Assembly (NCBI RefSeq): GCF_000010625.1
Contig: NC_010296.1
Coordinates: 4,800,001 to 4,832,000, forward strand
Source: Microcystis aeruginosa NIES-843
Lineage (GTDB): Bacteria > Cyanobacteriota > Cyanobacteriia > Cyanobacteriales > Microcystaceae
Direction of reading: 5' to 3'
DNA: 32,000 bases
A model generated the notes under the pieces. That model worked only from the letters and a program-made list of their open reading frames with translations, made no database searches and was not told the DNA's origin. The position numbers and the translations under genes were made by a program. This document shows positions 1 to 8,442 of the stretch, in pieces. Position 1 is the first letter of the stretch. Every line of letters starts with the position of its first letter.

Positions 1-1184
1 CGGAAGTGTCAGAAGCGATCGATTTTTGCCGTTATTACGCCTCCGAGATGGAAAGACTGGATTTAGGGCATAATTTCGACGTAGCAGGTGAGAATAATCG
101 TTATTCCTACCAACCCCGGGGTATTGCTTTAGTGATTTCTCCCTGGAATTTCCCCCTAGCGATCGCAGTTGGAATGACAGTAGCGGCTTTAGTAGCAGGT
201 AACTGTACGCTATTGAAACCTGCCGAGACTTCCTCGGTGATTACGGCGAAATTTGCCGAGATTCTCCTAGAAGCGGGTATTCCTGCCGGAGTCTTCCAAT
301 ATATCCCGGGTAAAGGTTCGCAAGTGGGGGCGCATTTAGTTAGCCATCCCGATGTTCACCTAATCGCCTTCACCGGTTCACGAGAAGTGGGCTGTCGCAT
401 CTATACAGATGCCTCCATCGTGCAAAAGGGTCAAAAACACCTAAAACGAGTTATCGCCGAAATGGGCGGCAAAAATGCCCTAATTGTCGATGAGAGTGCC
501 GATTTAGATCAGGCCGTTGTCGGTGCGGTTAAGTCCGCTTTTGGCTACACCGGCCAGAAATGTTCCGCCTGTTCGCGGATAATTGTTCTGGAAAGCGTCT
601 ATGATAGCTTTGTGGATCGCTTTGTCGAGGCTACCAAGTCCCTCAATATCGGGCCGACGGATTTACCGAGTACGGAAGTAGGACCGGTTATCGACGAGAA
701 AGCTCAAGCAAGAATTCGGGAATATATCGAAACTGGTAAAAAAGAGGCTGAATTAGCCCTAGAAATGCCAATTCCAGAAGTGGGTTACTTCGTCAGTCCC
801 ACCGTCTTTAAAAATGTTCCCCCTGATGCGGTAATAGCGATGGAGGAAATTTTTGGTCCAGTGGTGGCGATTATCAAAGTGAGCAATTTCGAGGAAGCTT
901 TAGCTGTAGCTAACGGAACCGACTATGCTTTAACCGGCGGCTTATATTCTCGCACTCCTGCCCATATTAACCGAGCTATGCAGGAATTTGAAGTGGGAAA
1001 CCTCTATATTAACCGGGGAATCACCGGCGCGATTGTCTCCCGTCAACCCTTCGGGGGTTTCAAGATGTCGGGGGTAGGTTCCAAGGCTGGGGGTCCCGAT
1101 TATCTGCTGCAATTCCTCGAACCTCGTCACATCAGCGAGAATATTCAACGTCAGGGATTTGCACCGATTGAAGGGGCCGATTAA
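1..1184 (+). CDS. putA: 3' part of PutA-type 1-pyrroline-5-carboxylate (glutamate semialdehyde) dehydrogenase; the 5' end lies outside the window
   Basis: The frame is open from base 3 (EVSEAIDFCRYYA...). Aldehyde dehydrogenase hallmarks are present: EMGGKNA (catalytic Glu region) and GQKCSACSR (catalytic Cys). Stop codon TAA at 1182-1184. Confidence 0.8.
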   Translation, partial: EVSEAIDFCRYYASEMERLDLGHNFDVAGENNRYSYQPRGIALVISPWNFPLAIAVGMTVAALVAGNCTLLKPAETSSVITAKFAEILLEAGIPAGVFQYIPGKGSQVGAHLVSHPDVHLIAFTGSREVGCRIYTDASIVQKGQKHLKRVIAEMGGKNALIVDESADLDQAVVGAVKSAFGYTGQKCSACSRIIVLESVYDSFVDRFVEATKSLNIGPTDLPSTEVGPVIDEKAQARIREYIETGKKEAELALEMPIPEVGYFVSPTVFKNVPPDAVIAMEEIFGPVVAIIKVSNFEEALAVANGTDYALTGGLYSRTPAHINRAMQEFEVGNLYINRGITGAIVSRQPFGGFKMSGVGSKAGGPDYLLQFLEPRHISENIQRQGFAPIEGAD

Positions 1185-1250
1185 GCGATATAGCCAAAAT
1201 TGGCGATTATTGGGGGTTTATACCCCCAAATCGGGTTAAATTATCGGCTA

Positions 1251-1368
1251 AGACTAAATCCAGTTATTAAAAACTGATTATTTATTCTCCGTTTTGCCTT
1301 CTGCATGAGTAGAAAACGGGTTTCTCCGAGAAACCCGTTTTCTGTGCGTTACTCAACGGATTTAGTAT
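1251..1368. mobile_element. MITE-like element of about 118 bp with inverted termini AGACTAAATCC...GGATTTAGTAT and an internal 14-bp perfect hairpin (1311-1343)
   Basis: The terminal inverted motif is visible. The reverse complement aligns by eye with 21166-21273 and with the right half at 15757-15816 (shared GAATAAATAATCAGT(T/C)TTTAATAAC..GATTTAGTAT). Confidence 0.6.
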
Positions 1369-1457
1369 CAGGAGTCGGTCGTCAGGAGTCAGTATTCAGG
1401 AGACTATTTTTATTTGTTTTCCCTTCCCCCCACTTCCCTATCTCCCCACTCCCCTAT

Positions 1458-1494
1458 CTCCCCCCGCAACGCGCACGAAGTGGTCTCCCCACTC
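1458..1494. repeat. 36-nt conserved core (CTCCCCCCGCAACGCGCACGAAGTGGTCTCCC-N-ACTC) embedded in C/T-rich repeat DNA; the second copy is at 21031-21067
   Basis: Hand alignment gives 31 identical consecutive nt (1459-1489 vs 21032-21062), then one mismatch, then ACTC in both copies. Confidence 0.75.
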
Positions 1495-1556
1495 TCCTAG
1501 ACTTTTTAAACAGGATTTAGTATCACAGGGGACTCCCCAGCTGTTGTCTTTCCTAG

Positions 1557-3263
<1,707 letters not shown>

Positions 3264-3488
3264 AATCTAGGGATCAGCTATCAGTTTTTATCGGGGAATT
3301 TTTTGACCTGCTGACCACTGATAGCTCCTCCTTAATTAGGGTTTGCTGAATAAATCTAAAAACCTTGTGTATAAGACTTTTAGACTTTTTGGTTTCCAAA
3401 AAGTACCAGATATGGGAGTGATCGGGGGGAAAATTCAGGTACTTTTTCCCTGAAAATTGGGTAATTGACCCCCTCAAAATCAGTAAAA

Positions 3489-3554
3489 CCCTACACCCTA
3501 CACCCTACACCCTACACCCTGCCCCCAGGAAAAACTTTTTCAGCAGACCCTAAT
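3489..3554. repeat. Heptamer array (CCCTACA x4) plus a conserved 36-38 nt tail CCCTGCCCCCAGGAAAAACTTTTTCAGCAGACCCTAAT
   Basis: The tandem heptamers are visible. The tail recurs at 6099-6137 with 2-3 mismatches, there preceded by CCCCACA x3. Confidence 0.7.
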
Positions 3555-3960
3555 TACTTCCAGTAATTGCCCTGTGGTACAATTTCTGAATTCCCGTGAC
3601 TAATTTATCTAACATCGATCGATGGCTATCATGAGTCGGATCGAAACTCTGCACTTTGGTTAATAATTTCGCTTCCTGTATATCCACGTCGTCATCGCTA
3701 TAGATTAAAGTGCTAATCGATGTTAGTAGATCTTGATAGATTTCTGGACTAGGATTATCGCCTAAATAGGACTCTAACCATCGATAACATTCACTGGTTT
3801 TAACTGGTTTTAGTTCCGATAATAGTGGTTTTATCTCCGGATCATCATCAAGTTTTTCCCTCACAGCTACCTGTCGTAAATAATTTCTTTCTGATGGTTG
3901 AATGACACCATCAATCCAAGCAACACCGATGAGAATTTTCAGTAATTGTTTATTTTTCAT
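3550..3960 (-). CDS. TerB-like (tellurite-resistance TerB fold) small protein
   Basis: The N-terminal pattern LKILIGVAWIDGVIQPSERNYL matches the TerB-type 'hhhhhhh-DG-h---E' signature. The gene overlaps the rsmB stop by 11 nt, which suggests an operon. Confidence 0.55.
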   Translation of the reverse strand: MKNKQLLKILIGVAWIDGVIQPSERNYLRQVAVREKLDDDPEIKPLLSELKPVKTSECYRWLESYLGDNPSPEIYQDLLTSISTLIYSDDDVDIQEAKLLTKVQSFDPTHDSHRSMLDKLVTGIQKLYHRAITGSN

Positions 3961-5302
3961 CCCACACTTCCTTGACTAACTTAGCCATAAAAAAACCGTC
4001 TTGATTATGCCGATGGGGTAACACTTCGATCGCTCCCGTTTCTGTATAGTATTCTGAGACGCATGAATTAGAGTCAGGAGTGGCCATTTTCCAATCGGGA
4101 TGAGCGGCTAAAAACTGCTCGATCACTCTTTCATTTTCTAACGGATCGAGAGTACAGGTGGCATAAACTAAGATTCCCTTCGGTTTTACCCAAGTGGCAG
4201 CCGAGGCTAAAAGTTCCCCCTGTCGTTTGGCTAGTACAGGTAAATTTTCGGGTGTTTGTCGCCAACGTATATCAGGACGCTTGTGCAGGGTTCCCAATCC
4301 TGAACAGGGAGCATCGATTAGTACACGATCGGCGATGCCGTGCCACTGGGGACGATCGCGACTATCCCCTAGATGTATTTCGATCGCTTTTAAGTCTAAT
4401 CTTTTAATATTGGCTTCTAACTGTCGTAAACGGGATGCCGTTTGATCACAGGCTAATATTCTACCCCGATCGCCCATTAATTCGGCAATATGAGTGGTTT
4501 TTCCCCCCGGTGCCGCACAAGCGTCGATAATTGTCTCTCCGGGCTGGGGATCGAGGAGATAAGTGACTAATTGGGCGCTAATATCCTGTAGGGTGTAATT
4601 TCCGGCTCGAAATCCCTCTAAACGCTCAATATTGCCTAAACCAGAGGTTAAACGGCAAGCTAGAGGTAATTTAAGATGATGAAAGGTTATATTGGCTGAT
4701 TCTAACTCATTTTCTAGGGCTTCTCGGCTAGTTTTCAGGGGATTAATCCGAATATCGAGGTCAGGAGAGCGATTAAACCATTGACACAGTTGTTCCGTTT
4801 CCGTAACACTAAAGCGATCTAACCACAATTGCACCAACCAATCGGGGAAACTGTGGAGAATACCCAATCTAGAAGCGGTATTTTCCGGTAAAAGTAAAGG
4901 ATCGTCGCCATTAGCAGTTAAACGGAGATATTGCCGCAGCATTCCGTTAACCACCGCCGCTAATTTGCCTAAATGACTGATTTTAGTTAATTCTACCGCC
5001 GTATTCACCGCCGCCGATGGGGGAATCTGGGATAGATAACGCAGTTGATAAAGACCAATATGGAGAATTCGCCGTAAATCCGGGGGTTGCTGGGCCGCGG
5101 TTTTTTTCCCCAAGCGATCGAGCAGCGCATCCAAAGTTCTTTGTCGGCGGATTATACCATAAACAATCTCCGTTGTCAAGGCTGTGTCAAGACAATTTAA
5201 GGAACTAGCGGACAAATGGCGATCAAGAGCGCGATCGGGATAGGCGGAGGAGCGATCGATATCCCGTAAAATCAGCAAAGCCAGCTGACGAGCATTATTC
5301 AT
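3950..5302 (-). CDS. rsmB: 16S rRNA (cytosine967-C5)-methyltransferase RsmB/Sun
   Basis: An N-terminal NusB-like region is present, with SAM-binding DACAAPGGKT and catalytic Cys motifs DAPCSGLGT and YATCT. Confidence 0.9.
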   Translation of the reverse strand: MNNARQLALLILRDIDRSSAYPDRALDRHLSASSLNCLDTALTTEIVYGIIRRQRTLDALLDRLGKKTAAQQPPDLRRILHIGLYQLRYLSQIPPSAAVNTAVELTKISHLGKLAAVVNGMLRQYLRLTANGDDPLLLPENTASRLGILHSFPDWLVQLWLDRFSVTETEQLCQWFNRSPDLDIRINPLKTSREALENELESANITFHHLKLPLACRLTSGLGNIERLEGFRAGNYTLQDISAQLVTYLLDPQPGETIIDACAAPGGKTTHIAELMGDRGRILACDQTASRLRQLEANIKRLDLKAIEIHLGDSRDRPQWHGIADRVLIDAPCSGLGTLHKRPDIRWRQTPENLPVLAKRQGELLASAATWVKPKGILVYATCTLDPLENERVIEQFLAAHPDWKMATPDSNSCVSEYYTETGAIEVLPHRHNQDGFFMAKLVKEVWDEK

Positions 5303-5856
5303 GCAGTTTCTAGACGATTGCGGAGGAATTGGCGTAAAATAGTCAGTGCCGGAATCGGGATTTCGTGACCCATATTTAACTCGTGATATTCGACGTTAAC
5401 CCCCAAACCAAGCAGTAAATCTCTGGCTTGACGAGCAGCAGCGATAGGAACGACGGGATCCTGCTTACCATGAACAATTAAGACATTTTGTGGGCCTTGG
5501 GGATGGGGTTCACCGTGCAGATAACCACTCAAGGAACCCAATCCCGCCAAGGGTAAGGATAAACCCACATCCAGCGTCATCGCTCCCCCTTGGGAAAAAC
5601 CAGTCAAAAAAGTACGCTCTAGGGGAATGCCGGTGGTTGCTTCCAGGGAAATAATCCAATCGTGCAACTGTTGACGACTAGGGACTAAACCTTGATAATC
5701 GGAGGTTTCTAAAGCATACCAGGCGCGTCCCCCCGGCACTTGCGGATGATCGAAGGGAGCATTAGGAAACAAAAATTGACAATCAGCCAGATCCAACATC
5801 GATGCAAGGGGGGCCAGATCCATGGCATCTGCACCCCAACCGTGCAGCATGATCAC
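5299..5856 (-). CDS. Phospholipase/carboxylesterase-family alpha/beta hydrolase; the start codon is uncertain and the frame stays open upstream to 6000
   Basis: HGWGA oxyanion region, GFSQGG nucleophile elbow, and a C-terminal GHEI. A 4-nt ATGA overlap with rsmB is present. Conserved-looking N-terminal residues (LSFNPIVIPPSPENPARYLV) lie upstream of the GTG at 5856 with no ATG/GTG/TTG. Confidence 0.8.
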   Translation of the reverse strand: MIMLHGWGADAMDLAPLASMLDLADCQFLFPNAPFDHPQVPGGRAWYALETSDYQGLVPSRQQLHDWIISLEATTGIPLERTFLTGFSQGGAMTLDVGLSLPLAGLGSLSGYLHGEPHPQGPQNVLIVHGKQDPVVPIAAARQARDLLLGLGVNVEYHELNMGHEIPIPALTILRQFLRNRLETA

Positions 5857-6024
5857 TAGATAGCGAGCGGGATTTTCTGGGGAAGGGGGAATGACAATCG
5901 GGTTAAAAGACAGGGTTTTTTCCTCGCAATTCTCTTTTTTATCTATTCTATAGCGGTTTTCCCCGGGGTGAGATGGGTGTTGGGGGAGTCTTTTCAGTGA
6001 TCAGCTTCTGAAGGCAAAAGGCAC

Positions 6025-6570
6025 TCATGCAAAAGGCAGCTTTATTCTCCCAACTCCGGCGCTCCCAACTCCCATCACCCCACACCCCACACCCCACACC
6101 CTGTCCCCAGGAAAAACTTTTTCAGCATACCCTAAATAGCAACCAATAATTTCCCTTGTCTTTCTATCAATTAACCGCCAAATATAAACCTTTATCGTCT
6201 TAGAAAAAACCCAAGACCACATCTCATCACATTCTCTAAACAATTTACCTTTTGGTTTGTCCGAAACCTTTACTTGACGGGGAACAGCCGCCAGTTTATT
6301 GTTGACATAATTTTGTAACCATGACCAACTTACCCCTGTTACTCTCGCAATTCCTCGCAAGGAAATTCGTTCGAGCAAGAGTTGATCAATTAATTGTTTG
6401 GTTTCGTCAGAGACGGTTTTATTAGTGGGATTGATCACCAACGGTTGACCACATTCTTTACCTTGACGTTTGGGTTTTCCATTATGAATAGAACCATTCT
6501 TGATAGTATGGTGAGAACCACAACGCTTGACAGGGGAATAGAGGTGAAGGGGGTATTTTGTTCGGTGCTA
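6025..6570 (-). pseudogene. IS1-family transposase remnant, degenerate at the N-terminus and truncated after about 105 aa at the C-terminus
   Basis: A Zn-finger/HTH part (...KRCGSHHTIKNGSIHNGKPKRQGKECGQPLVINPTN... LRGIARVTGVSWSWLQNYV) is followed by DEMWSWV...IWRLIDRKTREIIGCYLG. Homology stops at about 6137, where the heptamer/tail repeat begins. An in-frame TAG lies upstream and there is no start codon for the Zn-finger part. Confidence 0.7.
6078..6137. repeat. Second copy of the heptamer (CCCCACA x3) plus CCCTGTCCCCAGGAAAAACTTTTTCAGCATACCCTAAAT element
   Basis: Hand alignment with 3489-3554. It forms the artificial C-terminus (GVGCGVMGVGS...) of the IS1 remnant ORF. Confidence 0.7.
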
Positions 6571-6756
6571 GACTGATATTTGAGTAAGCCAGACAGGAGC
6601 CAGAAAAAGATATTTATTATAAAAGTCATGCTCAAGCTAGAGGTTTAAAGACTGAGCGGGTTGCAATTATTTTTATTAATAAATATTTTACACAATTCAT
6701 ACCAGGTAAGCAAGAGGGCTACGCCACTACTACCGAATCATTACCACATCGGTTAC

Positions 6757-6896
6757 TTTTTTTCTGGTTCAGATGGCGAGAATTGTCAGGAAAAGTCAAC
6801 CCGTCACTCCCCCTCAAGGATTTTTATCAATTCCAGTTAATCGATAAAAGCAGTACAAGTGTATTTAATTAACTGTCCGACGTTTAATTTATCGTA
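6757..6896 (-). pseudogene. Decayed duplicate of the 3' end of the CPBP protease gene (homologous to 11475-11615)
   Basis: Hand alignment shows 8 mismatches in the first 77 aligned positions, then a small indel, then further matching (GTGTATTTAATTAACTG). The minus-strand translation contains stops. Confidence 0.7.
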
Positions 6897-7318
6897 CTAT
6901 TCCCCTGTTCTATTTCTCCCAGTCTTATTAAAATTTCTGATTGATCTGGGTGATTTCTAATTTTATTGATCTCTTCATAAGTAACCTCCATAATATCAAA
7001 TAATAACCATATTAATCTTTCTCTCTTATCCTCGTCACTAAAATTTCCCCCGATGATAGCGTTTAATCTTCCTTGATATTTCTCTTGCGTTTCTTTCAGT
7101 GGAAATCTACTGATTAATTCTTGGATGTATTCCTGAAGAGTAACTATTTGAAAACAATTAAATCTAGGCTTGATAGACATATATAGGCTGGTTTTCTTGT
7201 TTCCCAATTTCTTTTGGAAAGGCTCAATAATAGATGCTTGAAATTGTTTGTACAACCCTAATATCTTTTTGATCAGACTGGAGACAGGATTAATTGTCGA
7301 TAAGCTAAATCCACCCAT
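6884..7318 (-). CDS. Hypothetical protein (144 aa from the ATG); the in-frame upstream extension to 7462 encodes a TM-like helix but has no canonical start
   Basis: It is a long ORF in AT-rich DNA and I recognise no motif. The upstream in-frame sequence reads ...DNVYVGLIIALVFGFIISSLNPNLEQIDQV-MGGF. Confidence 0.45.
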   Translation of the reverse strand: MGGFSLSTINPVSSLIKKILGLYKQFQASIIEPFQKKLGNKKTSLYMSIKPRFNCFQIVTLQEYIQELISRFPLKETQEKYQGRLNAIIGGNFSDEDKRERLIWLLFDIMEVTYEEINKIRNHPDQSEILIRLGEIEQGNSTIN

Positions 7319-7603
7319 TACTTGGTCGATTTGTTCTAAATTAGGGTTTAAGGAACTAATAATAAAACCGAAGACCAGAGCAATGATTAAACCAACATAT
7401 ACATTATCCTCGATTGAGCTTAATAGAGAAAATATAAATTGAATAAGGCTCTTCGGTAATTGTTATGCAATGGACGGGGGTTATAAGGGATGGAACCCTT
7501 ATATAGAAAGGCATTTAGCGATTTTTGTCAATTGTTTTTTATCTAGAGCGAACTAATCAATTAAGTCTCTTGCCAGATAAGGATTTAGTCGATTTATGCC
7601 CCC

Positions 7604-7960
7604 CTATCGAACCATACCAAGTAACGAAGAACCTTGAATAAAAAGGTATAAGAGTATTGATATAAGAACTTTGAGAATTAATAACCTAACAAAAGTATTT
7701 AAAAAATCCTTTTTTAAATCGGGAAATAAATGACGAATCCTAAAAGCTGAGAAATAGCTACTTCCAGTTTCAACTGCTACTCCAATAATTATCGCAGTCA
7801 CGACAAAAGGCCACCGATCTTCTCCCAGAAGTTTCCGTATTTCACTAGAAAGGTCGGTGGCGGCAGCTGTCTGAGAATCTACCAAAAATAGGTAATGGGT
7901 GAATGAACTGAAAAAAGGAAACTTATCTAATTCCGTTAGAACCTGACTACAAAATACCAT
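7604..7960 (-). CDS. Hypothetical small membrane protein (118 aa, two predicted TM helices)
   Basis: Hydrophobic segments WPFVVTAIIIGVAVETGSSYF and FVRLLILKVLISILLYLFIQGSSLLGMV are present. Its ATG overlaps the end of the upstream ORF by 14 nt, which suggests translational coupling. Confidence 0.5.
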   Translation of the reverse strand: MVFCSQVLTELDKFPFFSSFTHYLFLVDSQTAAATDLSSEIRKLLGEDRWPFVVTAIIIGVAVETGSSYFSAFRIRHLFPDLKKDFLNTFVRLLILKVLISILLYLFIQGSSLLGMVR

Positions 7961-8243
7961 TTACCCTCAGCCAACGAGTTTTCCAAGTGGGAGTAAAGAT
8001 TTTGTAGCTTTCTTCTTCATTGACTTTGATATAGCCTTTGTCCGCTAGTTTTTCTAATTTATCTTGTAAGTCAGCTTCTCCAATTCTATCTGTTTCAATT
8101 TCAAAGCTCAAGGCAGTGGCAGCCCTAACTTTGAGTAAATCAGATAAAAGAGACTTCTCCGCGGAGGTTAAATAATTGTCAGACTTAGCTGAAGTCCCAG
8201 AATCACCCTTGTCTTTGGACTTAGAAGGAAATATGTCAAGCAT
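7947..8243 (-). CDS. Hypothetical 98-aa protein with a disordered Ser/Lys/Asp-rich N-terminus and a possible winged-helix-like C-terminus
   Basis: This is the first ORF of the minus-strand operon, transcribed divergently from the HTH-NTPase gene. The C-terminal segment LQDKLEKLADKGYIKVNEEESYKIF resembles a wHTH wing, but this is a weak call. Confidence 0.5.
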   Translation of the reverse strand: MLDIFPSKSKDKGDSGTSAKSDNYLTSAEKSLLSDLLKVRAATALSFEIETDRIGEADLQDKLEKLADKGYIKVNEEESYKIFTPTWKTRWLRVNGIL

Positions 8244-8296
8244 TCTGTTTTGTGTAGTTTATAAATACACTTCGACCAGTACATCTTGATCCTCAG

Positions 8297-8414
8297 TCAT
8301 GACTCTCTGAGTTCATGACTGAGATATGTCTGAGTTTTTTGCGATAAAAGCGTAAACGACCACTCTAATCTCTGATCTCATGACTGAGATATGTCTGAGT
8401 TTTTTGCGATAAAA
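8297..8414. promoter_or_regulatory. Divergent control region with a perfect 37-bp direct repeat (8313-8349 and 8378-8414) plus a shortened third copy (8297-8312)
   Basis: TCATGACTGAGATATGTCTGAGTTTTTTGCGATAAAA occurs twice, 65 bp apart start-to-start, and TCATGACTCTCTGAGT lies just upstream. The region sits between divergent genes and ends 29 nt before the ATG at 8443. Confidence 0.55.
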
Positions 8415-8442
8415 TAGAGATTGCGTCGATTGATGGAAGTTT

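Noticed and set aside
1305-1520. A plus-strand 71-aa ORF in the putA-pgm spacer.
   Set aside because: It lies wholly within MITE and CT-rich repeat DNA. Its low-complexity Pro/Ser/Leu-rich translation is produced by the repeats.
3274-3477. A minus-strand 67-aa ORF, and a 10-bp inverted repeat (3276-3285 / 3317-3326) considered as a pgm terminator.
   Set aside because: The ORF has no motifs or RBS and lies in repeat-rich spacer DNA. The hairpin has a 31-nt loop and no following T-tract, so it is not a canonical intrinsic terminator.
4194-5208. Plus-strand ORFs 4194-4445 and 5017-5208.
   Set aside because: They are antisense to rsmB, which is well supported by its motifs.
6394-6635. ORFs 6394-6576 (+) and 6435-6635 (-) near the IS1 remnant.
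   Set aside because: They are alternative frames of the degenerate IS1 N-terminal region. The frame carrying the Zn-finger-like CGSHHTIKNGSIHNGKPKRQGKECG sequence is the meaningful one, and it is itself interrupted.
7248-7442. A plus-strand 64-aa ORF in the island.
   Set aside because: It is antisense to the minus-strand ORF 6884-7318 and to that ORF's in-frame TM-encoding extension. It is a typical spurious ORF in AT-rich DNA.
8313-8414. A possible CRISPR mini-array (37-bp repeat, 28-bp spacer, 37-bp repeat).
   Set aside because: There are only two full copies and no cas genes in the window. The spacer is shorter than the repeat. The repeat is T-rich with internal half-site duplication and sits exactly in a divergent promoter region, so an operator or promoter duplication is the better reading.
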